64,000 nucleotides of DNA, from NCBI GenBank assembly GCA_963665665.1, contig OY762428.1, positions 1,760,001-1,824,000 of the forward strand. The letters are read 5' to 3'. This DNA comes from Candidatus Kapaibacterium sp. (GTDB lineage: Bacteria; Bacteroidota; Ignavibacteria; Kapaibacteriales; UBA2268). Under the pieces are notes generated by a model, which did no database searches, was not told the DNA's origin, and was given only the letters and a program-made list of their open reading frames with translations. Shown here piece after piece: positions 39,783 through 51,300 of this stretch; the first letter of the stretch is position 1; the number at the start of each line of letters is the position of its first letter. The position numbers and the translations under genes were made by a program.

Positions 39783-42700
39783 ATGGCTCTGAACAAAAAA
39801 ATATTGGCCAAAATGACGCAACAGCAAATATTTGATCTTCTTAGGGATTATCAAATAAAAGAAAAAAAATGGAAAGAACGTGAGCAGGAGCTGATTGATC
39901 AGGAAGAAAACTACCGTTTGCTATATGAAAACGCCCCACTCGGATATCAGTCTCTGGATGAAGAAGGCAATATTATTGAAGTGAACAAAGCCTGGCTGGA
40001 TATTTTAGGTTACAAAAAAGAAGATGTTATCGGAAAGAATTTTGCTGATTTTCTGCCAAAAGAATTTCAGGAGCATTTTAAAAAGAATTTTCCGCAGTTC
40101 AAATCAATGGGATATATTCTTGGTATTGAATTCGAGATGATAAAATCAGACGGCAACGATGTAATAGTTTCCTTCGACGGGAAAATTGGTAAAACAAAAG
40201 AGAATAAATTCATAAGAACACACTGCATACTGAGGGATATTACAGGAAAAAAGAAATCCCAGGATTACATTTATAAAAAAAATGATCAAATCGAGAGTTA
40301 CAATAAAGCAATAATTGATATATCAACTGATGACGATGTAAACTCCGGAAATTTTTTTCAGGCAGCCCAAAAGATCTGCAAGAAAGCTACTGAATTAATG
40401 GATATTGAATATTCAAGCATCTGGTTTTTTAACAAAGACCATTCTGAACTAAGGATGCTGACACGACACAAAAGAAGTGAAAATTCATTTGATAAAGATA
40501 TTGTGATCAGCAGAAAAAAATATCCCAAATACTTTAGCGCTATTGAAAAAGAAAGGATCGTTATTGCTCAATCTAATTCGGATGATGAAATTTCACGGGA
40601 ATTTCTCCATAACTATTTTAAGTCCAACGATCTCCATTCAATGCTCGATGTAACTATCAGGTCAGGAACCGATATAATCGCTGTTATCTGTTTTGAACAG
40701 TCACGGCTTAACAAAGATTGGAATGATGCTGATATCATGTTCTCTGTTGAACTTGCAGACCAGGCAGCCCAGGCTTCGGCAATTTCCCAAAAAGTAAAAG
40801 CCCTTGAGAACCTTGAAAAAAGCCGTGATGAACTTGAAGAAAGCCAGGCAACAATTGAAGGAATATTAAATGCAGCGCCCATTGGTATTGGTATTGTTAA
40901 GGACAGGATGCTGGGATGGACAAACAGGTTTTTTAAAGAATTCACCGGCTACACGGATGAAGAGCTGAATGGCAAAAGTGCAAGAATAATATATCCGGAT
41001 GAAGAGGAATACAACAGGGTTGCTGAAATAAAACATCCAAAGGTGGAAAGATTCGGTTATGGTGATGTTGAAACCAAAATTCAAAGGAAAAACGGGGAAA
41101 TAAAAAATGTAATTATGAGCAGCGCGCAAATTGCTCGCGGCGATAGTTCAAAAGGATTGATATTTACTGTTTATGATATAACAGATTTTGCAAATACCAG
41201 GAAAGCCCTTGAAAAATCGGAAAAAGAAAAAAACCTTATTTTATCCACTGTTACTGAAAGCGTTATTTACCTTGATACTGACATGAACATTATCTGGGCC
41301 AACAAAGCAGCAGAAAAATTAAGCGGGAAAAATTATGAAGAAAACAAAAATTTAAAATGCTACCAATACTGGTATGGGCAAAATGAAAAATGCATGAATT
41401 GCCATATCGAAACTGCAATTAAATCAGGGGTGCTTTCACGTGCTGAAAGATTAACTTCCGACGGAAAATTTTATGATATAAAAGCTATACCTGTTTTTAA
41501 TAAAAACGGGGAAGTAAGCGGTGCTATTGAAACGGTATCCGATATATCGGATATAAAAACCTTATCGATAAAATTCGACCGCGAACTAAAAATCAACCAG
41601 GCATTGGCGGATGTATCTGCAAAGCTGTTGGAACCCGTACTTGAATTCGAAGATTATGCTGAAATAATATTAGACGAAGCGCTAAAACTAACAGCAAGCC
41701 CTCATGGCTTTATAAGTGCTATTGATGAATCTAACGGCAGTAATATATTATATGCCATGACGGATATGTTCGATCAGTTTTCCGGTATGAAAAATGAAGA
41801 CGGGTATATCGTGATGAAACCGGATGAAAATGGCTTTTATCCCGGATTTATCGGGCATGTTCTGAATACCGGCGAACCAATGTTTACAAACAATCCCCAC
41901 AATCCCGATGATCAATCGCCCGAATGCCTTTTGAACGTGCAACGTTGTGTTTGTGTACCGGCAAAATATGGCGAAACGATCCTTGGCCAGATTGCAGTTT
42001 TCAATTCCGCCAGAGATTATAAATCCGAAGAAATGCATATTGTTCAGAAAATTGCCAATTTATATGCCAGTATGCTTAAAAGAGTCATGGCAGAAAACGA
42101 TCTGAAAAATCTGAACAGGGAACTTGAAAAACGAGTTGCACAAAGAACCGAAAAACTGAACGATGCTGTAGAATATCTGAGAATTGAAGTTGAAGAAAGG
42201 CATCAGATACAGCAGGAACTTATGATTGCCAAGGATAAAATATCTGAAACACTGGAAAATGAAAAGGAAGTTAATAAAATGAAAACCAGGTTTATTTCAA
42301 TGGTTTCTCATGAATACAGAACCCCCCTGACGGTTATTTTGTCTTCCTCGCATTTGATCGGCAGATATTCAACCGGCGAGCATAAGGAAAAAATTGACAA
42401 ACATCTCAGGAAAATCCAGAATTCAGTCAGCCAAATGACAAAACTGATAGATGATGTACTGATTGTAGGCAAAAGCGAGGGGCGTTCTTTCACTGTAAAT
42501 TCATCAATTATCGATATAGTCTCGCTGCTCAAGGAAATTTACGAAGAAAGCAAAGTAATTGATTCCGGCAAACATTCTATTGAATTTTCCTGCGATACAC
42601 CAAAGATGAACTTTTTTACCGACAGGGCAATCTTAAAACAGATACTGACCAATCTGATATCAAATGCTTTGAAGTATTCCCCGAACAGCAAAATCGTAAA

Positions 42701-42974
42701 ACTTACGATGGAGCACAACGAAAAAGAAGTTGTGATAAAAGTAAAAGATCAGGGAAACGGAATTGCACAACAGGAACTGAATCAACTGTTTGAACCTTTC
42801 TTCAGGAATCCGGGCTATATTGGCAATATTCCCGGAATAGGCCTGGGGCTTGCAATTGTTAAAAGGGGTGCAACCGCACTTGGCGGGAAAATTGAAGTTG
42901 AAAGCATACCGGATAAAGGCACTGAATTCATTTTAACCCTGCCGGTGAAGAAAATTGATGCTATTAAAAAGTAA
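39783..42974 (+). CDS. Cytoplasmic multi-PAS/GAF sensor histidine kinase
   Basis: Three PAS domains (YENAPLGYQSLD..G.I..VN..RDIT; NAAPIGIG..DIT; YLD.D..I.WAN) and two GAF-like regions; H-box FISMVSHEYRTPL, N-box NLISNALKYS, G1 D.GNGI, G2 GIGLGL. Confidence 0.93.
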   Translation: MALNKKILAKMTQQQIFDLLRDYQIKEKKWKEREQELIDQEENYRLLYENAPLGYQSLDEEGNIIEVNKAWLDILGYKKEDVIGKNFADFLPKEFQEHFKKNFPQFKSMGYILGIEFEMIKSDGNDVIVSFDGKIGKTKENKFIRTHCILRDITGKKKSQDYIYKKNDQIESYNKAIIDISTDDDVNSGNFFQAAQKICKKATELMDIEYSSIWFFNKDHSELRMLTRHKRSENSFDKDIVISRKKYPKYFSAIEKERIVIAQSNSDDEISREFLHNYFKSNDLHSMLDVTIRSGTDIIAVICFEQSRLNKDWNDADIMFSVELADQAAQASAISQKVKALENLEKSRDELEESQATIEGILNAAPIGIGIVKDRMLGWTNRFFKEFTGYTDEELNGKSARIIYPDEEEYNRVAEIKHPKVERFGYGDVETKIQRKNGEIKNVIMSSAQIARGDSSKGLIFTVYDITDFANTRKALEKSEKEKNLILSTVTESVIYLDTDMNIIWANKAAEKLSGKNYEENKNLKCYQYWYGQNEKCMNCHIETAIKSGVLSRAERLTSDGKFYDIKAIPVFNKNGEVSGAIETVSDISDIKTLSIKFDRELKINQALADVSAKLLEPVLEFEDYAEIILDEALKLTASPHGFISAIDESNGSNILYAMTDMFDQFSGMKNEDGYIVMKPDENGFYPGFIGHVLNTGEPMFTNNPHNPDDQSPECLLNVQRCVCVPAKYGETILGQIAVFNSARDYKSEEMHIVQKIANLYASMLKRVMAENDLKNLNRELEKRVAQRTEKLNDAVEYLRIEVEERHQIQQELMIAKDKISETLENEKEVNKMKTRFISMVSHEYRTPLTVILSSSHLIGRYSTGEHKEKIDKHLRKIQNSVSQMTKLIDDVLIVGKSEGRSFTVNSSIIDIVSLLKEIYEESKVIDSGKHSIEFSCDTPKMNFFTDRAILKQILTNLISNALKYSPNSKIVKLTMEHNEKEVVIKVKDQGNGIAQQELNQLFEPFFRNPGYIGNIPGIGLGLAIVKRGATALGGKIEVESIPDKGTEFILTLPVKKIDAIKK

Positions 42975-43150
42975 TGATATTACAACAATTAAAGGTAATA
43001 TTTTACAAATGTGGCATTTATATTAAACTTACTGATAAAATACATTTTTATTATAACAAACTTTTCTTATATTGCATCTATTGTTCCACTGTAAATTACA
43101 ACTGCCCCTAAAAAATCATTGGATAATTGTACAACTATGGTTTATATGAT

Positions 43151-43687
43151 ATGCAGAATTTCGAAAATAACGCGGTAATTAGGGTTATACATAACAGAAA
43201 GAGCGTCAGGACATTTATCAAACAGGCAATTTCCAAGCAGCAGGTGATGGCACTTGTCAGGGCAGGAATGGCAGCTCCTACTTCGAACAACAAACAACCC
43301 TGGGGATTCATTGTTATTAATGACCGGGATAAACTTGACAAACTTGCAGAGGAACTACCTTATGCAAAAATGCTTGCTGATGTTGATTCGGCTATTTGTG
43401 TTTGTGGCGACCTGACCAAAACTCTGCCGGACTGGGAAGCAGATTTCTGGATTCAGGACTGTTCCGCAGCTACTCAGAATATTCTTCTTGCCGCAGAAGC
43501 CCTTGGGCTTGGTGCAGTATGGACAGCTCTGTATCCGGCAACGGACAGGGTGCACACAGCACGTGAAATACTTGAAATACCATTCAATATCGTCCCGCTG
43601 AATATTATTCCTATTGGTATGCCCATGGGCAAAGAAAAACCAAAAAACAAATTCAGCATGAATTCAATACACTGGGACAAGTGGTAA
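43151..43687 (+). CDS. Nitroreductase-family protein
   Basis: RKSVRTF, AGMAAPT..NKQPW.F, QDCSAATQNILLAAEALGLGAVW; ATG 43151 within ORF 43127-43687. Confidence 0.92.
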   Translation: MQNFENNAVIRVIHNRKSVRTFIKQAISKQQVMALVRAGMAAPTSNNKQPWGFIVINDRDKLDKLAEELPYAKMLADVDSAICVCGDLTKTLPDWEADFWIQDCSAATQNILLAAEALGLGAVWTALYPATDRVHTAREILEIPFNIVPLNIIPIGMPMGKEKPKNKFSMNSIHWDKW

Positions 43688-43751
43688 TTAATCCGTTTCA
43701 GGAAATTTTGAAAAATCAAATATCCCCTTTTTCCGGGGATATTTGTTATAT

Positions 43752-44567
43752 TTATAATTTGCCTTCGCAAAGTATTTTATAATAACTCATAAATTTCTTT
43801 ATTCTTATATCATCCGGTTCATTTTCCCAATTACCGGCCTTTTTGAAGTGCGAGCCAACAATAAAACCATCAAGAAAGGGGAAATACTCCGCAAGGTTAC
43901 CCCTGTTTATTCCCGAACCTGCAAGAACCGGGATATTTGATTTTGTTTTCACCATTTTTATTTCTTCAACATCAGCTTTTTCCCCGGTGGCCCTGCCCGT
44001 AAGGATCAGCCCGTCAGACAAAAAGAACTCAGCAGCCTTTGCGGTTTCTGCTATATCAACATCAGAGCTTATAGCATGCGAGGAATGCTTTTTCTTAATA
44101 TCGGTTAAAATTGAAATCCCGCCTGCCCCGATGCTTTTCCTGTATCTCAGCAAATCAGCAGCACAAGAATCAATATATCCCTCATCAGCGAGGTGTCCGA
44201 ACACGAAACCTTCCGCACGGATAAAATCCAATCCGGCGCAATAAGCGGCAGCAAGCGCTTCTTTATTCGCACCGGCAAGTATTTGTATTCCGCAGGGCAG
44301 CCCTGTAGCCTGCTTCACTTCACGGCCAATAACTGACATCATCGATACAATTTCCGGCCCGGCAGAATTTTTCCGGTAGGGCCTGTCATGCATATTCTCG
44401 ATCATTATTGAATGTACTCCGCACTTTTTATATATTTTGGCTTCCTTCAATGCCTGCTCAATTATCTGTTCCGGAGTAGTGCCGGACTTCGGGGCACCCG
44501 GCAAAGCCTGGACGTGTATCATTGCAATAACAGGTTTTGGAGAGCTGAATATTTTTAGGAAATCCAT
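43752..44567 (-). CDS. BtpA/SgcQ-family TIM-barrel protein
   Basis: IAMIHV.ALPG.P, IENMHDRPY, GIQIL, FIRAEGF, DIKKKH, DGLILTG..TG, GSG, IVGS.FK..G. Confidence 0.92.
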   Translation of the reverse strand: MDFLKIFSSPKPVIAMIHVQALPGAPKSGTTPEQIIEQALKEAKIYKKCGVHSIMIENMHDRPYRKNSAGPEIVSMMSVIGREVKQATGLPCGIQILAGANKEALAAAYCAGLDFIRAEGFVFGHLADEGYIDSCAADLLRYRKSIGAGGISILTDIKKKHSSHAISSDVDIAETAKAAEFFLSDGLILTGRATGEKADVEEIKMVKTKSNIPVLAGSGINRGNLAEYFPFLDGFIVGSHFKKAGNWENEPDDIRIKKFMSYYKILCEGKL

Positions 44568-44594
44568 ATTTCACCCTTGAAGAAAATTATTTAT

Positions 44595-44888
44595 TTACAA
44601 AATCTCAATTACTTTGCCATATACATTTTTTGTCCACCCGTTGATTCCCCCGTGGTTATTTCCTATCAGCAGGCCCCGCTTTTCATTCTTCCCTTTCACT
44701 TTATGGGTATAGTAATTACCCTTTACTTTGCAATACACAATATCCCCGGTGCGGCATTCCTGCCAGCAAGCCGGAGCTATCCTGCACGGCTGTCTGGATT
44801 TTAATACAGGTTCCATCGAGTTGCCGGGTTCCCTGGATACTATAGTCTCGCCACGCTGTAATTTTTCAACTTTAAAGTTTCTATACAT
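44595..44888 (-). CDS. Stand-alone peptidase S24/S26-like domain protein
   Basis: GNSMEP motif, then GDIV.C and Y.THKV, then IGNN.G. Confidence 0.65.
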   Translation of the reverse strand: MYRNFKVEKLQRGETIVSREPGNSMEPVLKSRQPCRIAPACWQECRTGDIVYCKVKGNYYTHKVKGKNEKRGLLIGNNHGGINGWTKNVYGKVIEIL

Positions 44889-45151
44889 AATTCAGTTATA
44901 CATTAAGTTAGATTCAAATTTTACTATAAATATAAGAAATAATATTGATTGCAATATTATAACAGCGGAGAGAGGCATATAAAAGTATCCTTTTTTTATT
45001 CAATTGATTATATTTTTTGGTTCCTTGAGACTTTTTCTTATTTTATATGTTATTATATAAAATAAGATAAACAGCTGCGCGATATTTTTTTGGGATTTTC
45101 TCTCTCAAATTAAAGCTAAAAATTTCGATTGATAATTATTATGGAAAGGTT

Positions 45152-47248
45152 ATGAAAAAATTACTACCAATCTTCATATTCATCATAAATACTTCGATAC
45201 TTACTGCTACTGATTTTTGGGAAAAAGCTGATGTGCCGGATATTCCGCCTGTAGCTTCGATTGTAAAGAATGCTAACGGGGATATATTTGCCTGTTCGCA
45301 CTGGGTTTCAAAATCTACCAACGGAGGCGAGAGTTGGGAAGACGCTAATACGGTTGTTTCGGGGAACAGCAACTATAACTTATATGACCTTCCTTATTTC
45401 TATAACAAAATAGTTGTTGCCGGCAACGGCTATTTATTCATCGCGCCGCCAAAAGGGCAAATGCTAAGGTCAACGGATTATGGTGCATCATGGCATATAA
45501 TATCGGAAGAATTTGAACCGGAAGAAGTACTTTGCATTGATAATAACGATGTATTATATTCACAAAATGACAATGATCTGTTTGTGTCAACGGATTATGG
45601 TGATACCTGGGAAATAAAATATTACCCCAAACTCTTTTCGACATATTTTATCTTTGATATAGTGTGCAACAGCAGCAACGATATTATTATTGATGGTTGC
45701 ACATCTCTGAAGTATAAAAAAGCTGACGGTGAATGGAAATATAAATGGCCATTTACATCTGATTTAGAAAATACTGTGGATCTGACTTGCAATGATCAGG
45801 AAATATTTCTGCTAACATCCGAAGCATTTCACTATTCTCCTGATTTCGGGAAAACATGGACAAGAATTTATCACAAATTTTCATTTCATGATGTTGCTCT
45901 TCCGGAAATCAACTATATAAACGGAACAATATATTTAACTTCAGAAAGCGGAGTTCATTTTAAAACAACGGATAATGGAAAAACCTGGGAAGAGGCTTTG
46001 CCGCAATTCAAATTTATTCCTATCTATGATATTGCACAATATGAAGATGAAATATATATCTGTGGCCCCGGACTTTGGAAATCGACTGACAGTTTAAAAA
46101 GCTTTGAAAAACTACCCGTGCAACCCGGTTATACATTCGGTACGATACAGGCTGAAGATTCTGATAACAATCTTTATTGCATTATGCCGGGCGGGATTTA
46201 TACTGGAAAAGATACTGAATGGAACATAATGCCTATGCCCGAAGGATTAAATCCCTATTTTACCGGCAGCCTTTATTCCACATCTAATTTTGACTTATGC
46301 CTTAATTATAATCATATCCATGACTATGAATACTTTTATTCTGAAAATGGACAATACTGGCAAGCTATGGGACTCGATAGATATTTTAAAAATAGTTCAC
46401 TGGGTAAAAAAGGTAAATTTTTCTTCTGGAGCAGTAAGGCTCTTGTTTATACTTCCAATGGATATGATTTTACTGAAATCGAGGTTCCTACGACAATAGG
46501 GGCTGTTTATATCGGAGAAAATAATGAAATACTTAATCGTAATGATACTATATTTAATGTTTCTACTGATTTAGGATTAAGCTGGAATAATTATACAACA
46601 ACAAGGAAAATAACCTGGTGGAGAATTTCCGACTTTGCTTTTGTAAATAATGTGATTTATGTAATTTATCAGGACGGAGTTTATTATTCCTCTGATTACG
46701 GAAAAAACTGGACGGGAATTGACATTATTAACAGCCTGCCGCAATACACAGATTGGATTGCCGGAAGCTTCTATGTTAACGGCCAGGAAATATATGTATC
46801 GTGCGATAAAGGCGCATTCAGAATAAATGCCGAAGATAATACAACAGAAGACTTAAACTCAGGACTTGATTCAAAAGTAGTCAGATGCATATTCCATGCC
46901 GCTGACGGTTATTTATATCTTAGTTCCAATAGCGGAATTTACAGAAGCAGGCAAACAATTGCCGGAGTCGAAGACAGATATAATGATTCTGATTTCTCAC
47001 TACAGGCAAATACTGACAATGATTACTCCATGCTTGATTTAACGATAAGCAGTAGTGATTCAGGAAATTATTCAATCAGCATTATCGATATTAACGGAAA
47101 AATTGTTTATACATCTGATAAATACCTAACTGGCTATACATCAGCAATTCGTGATATAGATATTTCACGTCTTGCATCCGGAGTTTATATCATTAATTGC
47201 AGTTCGGAATCAGGCGCTGCATCAGCAAAATTTACCATAGCAAGATAA
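45152..47248 (+). CDS. T9SS-secreted BNR/Asp-box beta-propeller protein
   Basis: Signal peptide; many S.D.G.TW repeats (STNGGESW, STDYGASW, STDYGDTW, SPDFGKTW, TTDNGKTW, STDLGLSW, SSDYGKNW); CTD IIDING...LASGVY...KFTIAR. Confidence 0.88.
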   Translation: MKKLLPIFIFIINTSILTATDFWEKADVPDIPPVASIVKNANGDIFACSHWVSKSTNGGESWEDANTVVSGNSNYNLYDLPYFYNKIVVAGNGYLFIAPPKGQMLRSTDYGASWHIISEEFEPEEVLCIDNNDVLYSQNDNDLFVSTDYGDTWEIKYYPKLFSTYFIFDIVCNSSNDIIIDGCTSLKYKKADGEWKYKWPFTSDLENTVDLTCNDQEIFLLTSEAFHYSPDFGKTWTRIYHKFSFHDVALPEINYINGTIYLTSESGVHFKTTDNGKTWEEALPQFKFIPIYDIAQYEDEIYICGPGLWKSTDSLKSFEKLPVQPGYTFGTIQAEDSDNNLYCIMPGGIYTGKDTEWNIMPMPEGLNPYFTGSLYSTSNFDLCLNYNHIHDYEYFYSENGQYWQAMGLDRYFKNSSLGKKGKFFFWSSKALVYTSNGYDFTEIEVPTTIGAVYIGENNEILNRNDTIFNVSTDLGLSWNNYTTTRKITWWRISDFAFVNNVIYVIYQDGVYYSSDYGKNWTGIDIINSLPQYTDWIAGSFYVNGQEIYVSCDKGAFRINAEDNTTEDLNSGLDSKVVRCIFHAADGYLYLSSNSGIYRSRQTIAGVEDRYNDSDFSLQANTDNDYSMLDLTISSSDSGNYSISIIDINGKIVYTSDKYLTGYTSAIRDIDISRLASGVYIINCSSESGAASAKFTIAR

Positions 47249-47443
47249 GTTTAATTATCATGATTGGTTTCTAAATTATTTCTTGCTTCAATTTGAATGA
47301 TTTTGTATTTTATCTTTGAGACTCATTGATGATATTCTTGGCAGGCAAAAGATCAAACAGTATCAGACAATTCACATAAACTGTCGGATTATCATTCATA
47401 CTCGAAAATTCTAACATATTTTTAACATTTTATTGGAGTTATC

Positions 47444-48163
47444 ATGGAAAACGAACAGAATGAAGTAATCAGCATGCCAAGAATAGGCGATCCGGCCCCC
47501 GAATTTAAAGCTGTTACAACACAGGGAGAAATTAATTTCCCTTCTGACTATAAAGGAAACTGGGTAATACTGTTCAGCCATCCGGCAGATTTTACTCCTG
47601 TATGCACATCTGAATTTATGACTTTTGCCTCGATGGAGGATCAATTTGCAAAAGCAAACTGTAAGCTGGTAGGGCTTTCTGTTGACGGATTATACAGCCA
47701 CATTGCATGGCTTAGAACTATAAAGGAAAAAATTGAATACAGGGGAATGAAAGATGTTGAAGTAAAATTCCCGCTAATAGAAGATATATCAATGAATGTT
47801 GCAAAAAAATACGGTATGATACAACCAAATGAAGACACAACCAAAGCCGTAAGGGCAGTATTCTTTGTTGATCCTGCCGGTATCATCAGGACAATTATTT
47901 ATTATCCGCTTAGCCTGGGAAGAAATTTTGATGAACTTTACAGAGCCCTGATAGCACTTCAGGCATCCGATGAATTCGGAGTAGCAACGCCAGCCGACTG
48001 GCGTCCGGGTGACGATGTTATTATCAGCCCTGCCGGTTCATGCGGAGCTGCTGCCGACAGGATGGACGGCAAAGACGATAATATTGATGAGTGTAAGGAC
48101 TGGTTCTTCTGCACAAAGAAAATATCTAAAGAGACGGTGCTTGATAAGATCATTAAAAAATAG
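47444..48163 (+). CDS. Peroxiredoxin, Prx6 class
   Basis: FSHPADFTPVCTSE active site, GLSVD...SH..W, VRAVF, YP...GRN.DE, TPADW, C-terminal CKDWFFC. Confidence 0.95.
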   Translation: MENEQNEVISMPRIGDPAPEFKAVTTQGEINFPSDYKGNWVILFSHPADFTPVCTSEFMTFASMEDQFAKANCKLVGLSVDGLYSHIAWLRTIKEKIEYRGMKDVEVKFPLIEDISMNVAKKYGMIQPNEDTTKAVRAVFFVDPAGIIRTIIYYPLSLGRNFDELYRALIALQASDEFGVATPADWRPGDDVIISPAGSCGAAADRMDGKDDNIDECKDWFFCTKKISKETVLDKIIKK

Positions 48164-48248
48164 TATTTGTTAATACCATCAAATTTCTGAGGTAGATCAG
48201 AAATTGAGAGATTTTATCGAAGTATATATCTCCATGAATTGAATTAAT

Positions 48249-48283
48249 AAAAAAGCTCCATCCTATTACAGTTGGAGCTTTTT
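48249..48283. terminator. Bidirectional terminator
   Basis: AAAAAAGCTCCA...TGGAGCTTTTT between convergent genes. Confidence 0.75.
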
Positions 48284-48305
48284 CATAAAATATCGAACTT
48301 AGCTG

Positions 48306-51300
48306 TTATTTGATATTTATCATCAATTTTTGCAGAATATTATTCTCGTGAGTGAATATCAGGTAATATGCACCGGCGGGAAGGTTTTTGGCTTTAAACT
48401 TATATCTGCTCTCTCCCGGAATAACTATACCCCTGAATACATCAAACACCCTGCGCCCGGATGCGTCTACTATAAATATTTCTGCTTCAAGATTTTTATC
48501 ATATTTATTTGTGCACACGGCTTCTGCTTTGGCGCTGAATGGGTTGGGAACTATCTCGATACTGATATTATTGTCAAATTCAGCAAGTTCCTCAACATCG
48601 GTTGGTATTCCTGTTGCTTTTACAATAATACAGCTTGTAGTATCCATGTATGCATCAGATCTTACACACATATCATATTCGTATTTTTTGTCTTCGGCAG
48701 GTGTAAATCTTAGAGTTATTGTTTTTTCTACAGACGGCTCAAGAACAAACGGAAATCCTGCACCAGGGAATGTAAAAATTTCATCATAATCACCGTCAAG
48801 ATAAATATTCTCAACAAAAACAGCCTGTTCTCCTTCATTTACAATAGCAAATTCTTTCTCTTTATAGTCGCCAATTTCGGTTTTGGTAAAGGACAGGAAG
48901 GGCTTGTCAATATTTAAAATACCAATAGGGCCGTCAGAAATTCCATTCAGGTAAACAATCTGTTCTGCACCGTTAAAGGCATTTGAATTTATCGTGAGCC
49001 TGCCTGTAAATTCCCATTTTCCTGCCGGCAGGAATTCAACAGTAATTTCCTTACTGCTGAAGGCATCAATTGTTATGTTGTTATACTCCTTATCGAGCGA
49101 AAACACTTCATTCAGATCATTAACAACAGTAATAGTGCTAATTTCAAGAGCTTCCTCACCCTTGTTTTCAATTGTCAGTGTTTTGGTTTGAAGTTCGTCC
49201 TTCATTCCGTCAACATATTTTAATGTATCGTTGCTGAGTATCATGAATGGTTTGGGGCTGTAACCATATCCCCATATATCATGATATGATACTGGAGCAT
49301 TAACAGCGTCCGTTGTAAATTTGATAGTTCCGAAGTAATCCTGTCTTTTTATCGGAGCAAAATTGACTTGATAATCAAGTTTTTCACCGGGATTTATTAT
49401 CTGAGGCATAGCAATATCACCTATCGAGAATACTTCGTCAGGATTGTCTCCTATGCTCATGCTTGTAATATTCATCGGAGCATCGCCAACATTAATAATA
49501 GAAAATGTCATATCCTTGCTGTTTCCTGTGTAAACAGTATCGAATCTTGTTACAGAAACGTTATATTTAACAACCGGTTTGTCGCCTTCCCAGGTTTTTA
49601 TATATCCGTCATACCCGTCTTTGTCAATATTAATAACTACATTGATAGGAGGATTTTCGATAGTAGTTACATCAATATCAGCGTTCGGCCAGCGAACTTT
49701 TATAGAATCAATTCCATTTGTTTTATCAATTCCAAAGTTCCTGATAAAAGGTTTCTGTCCTCCGAAATGCCCCTCGCCCGCCTGAATTTCACGGATTTGA
49801 GCAATGCCACCTGCGTAAGTTGTTATTCTGGCGCCCATTGCATCACGATTGCAACCCTCGGGAACGTTAGTCAGTTTAACGGAAGTCCAGTTTTTCTCGT
49901 TTCCGATTTTATTTTCAAGAAGAACCATTCTTAGTCCTTCTGTCGGGTCGTTGTGACAGACAAATAAGTCTTCGTCGCCGTCAAGGTCGAAGTCAGCCCC
50001 AACTGCTTCAGATGCATCCACCACCCATGAAAGGCCGAGATCCGCAGTAACATCATAAAATTCATTATCGTCACGCTGAATACATGCGTAAAGCCTGCGG
50101 GACTGAGGAGTATAGTATCCTTCAGCTATACAAATATCCTGCCATCCATCGTTATCCATATCAATAAACAGGCCGCCATAATCGCCAAGGTGAGCATAAG
50201 CAGGTGCATTCCTGTGAATGAGCGACATATCCCATTCCAGCCTGTAATCCGGGTATCCGGTGTTAACAGCTATATGTGTATGGCCTTCGGGTTTGCCGTC
50301 CCTTTCCTCGTATCCGCCGTGGATAAGGCATTGCAAAACATCAATATCACCGTCATTATCAAAATCGGCAGTAGGGGCTTCCCACTGGCAGAGTGGTTTC
50401 TGCACCCAGACACCATCGCTCTGATACCAGTCTCCACCGTATTTTTGTGATGTATAGTGTGCCTCGTTCTGTGCATCTGTAAAATTGCCGTTTTTCATAT
50501 TTTTCAGAAGGCGTCCACCCGTTCGGCAATAAGGAGATGTAAGAACATCCTGCCATCCGTCGTTATTCCAGTCTGTTACGTTTACTCCGTAAAGCGGTTC
50601 AGCAACAGCCTGCACGCCATTGTTCTTAATATAAGTGTAAGATCCGTCGCCGTTACCTTTAAGCAGTACATCCGGAAAATTTACACCGTATCTATAATCC
50701 ACGAATTTCGTAGCTACGTATACATCAAGAATACCATCATAATCATAATCAAGGTAGGACATACCAACTGCATCTATCAGGCCGTTCGGCAAGGTGCTGT
50801 AATACTGAATATCATTAATTCCGGAATCTTCTTTCAGTGTGAACTTACCGGTTCCGTCATTCAGGTAAACTTCCGGCCTGTCGGAATGTCCCGGCTGGAA
50901 CCATTCTAAACGGTGATAATAAAAGAATGTAACAAGGTCCCTGTCTCCGTCATTATCAATGTCTGCAAGAACAGCAACATCGAATTCCCTGTAATCTTTT
51001 TCAGGATCACGATTTTTATTAATTCCGGATTCATCTGTAAAATCAACAAAAACTCTTTTCAGGCCTGAATTTGAATCAGGGTTGGGAACGTTCAGGAAAA
51101 GTGAAAAAGTTGAACTGTTTCCGGCAGTAAGGCCGGCTGTACCAACGAGAATATCCGGGTAGTTGTCCCCATTAATATCGCAAATCTGAATTTTATCAGT
51201 CGGCAGGCCCGTAAGCCCGGCATTATCAGTAATATTGCTGAACCACGTCTCGTCCTGCGCGAAAGAAACAGAATACGCAATGAATAAATATGCAAATATC

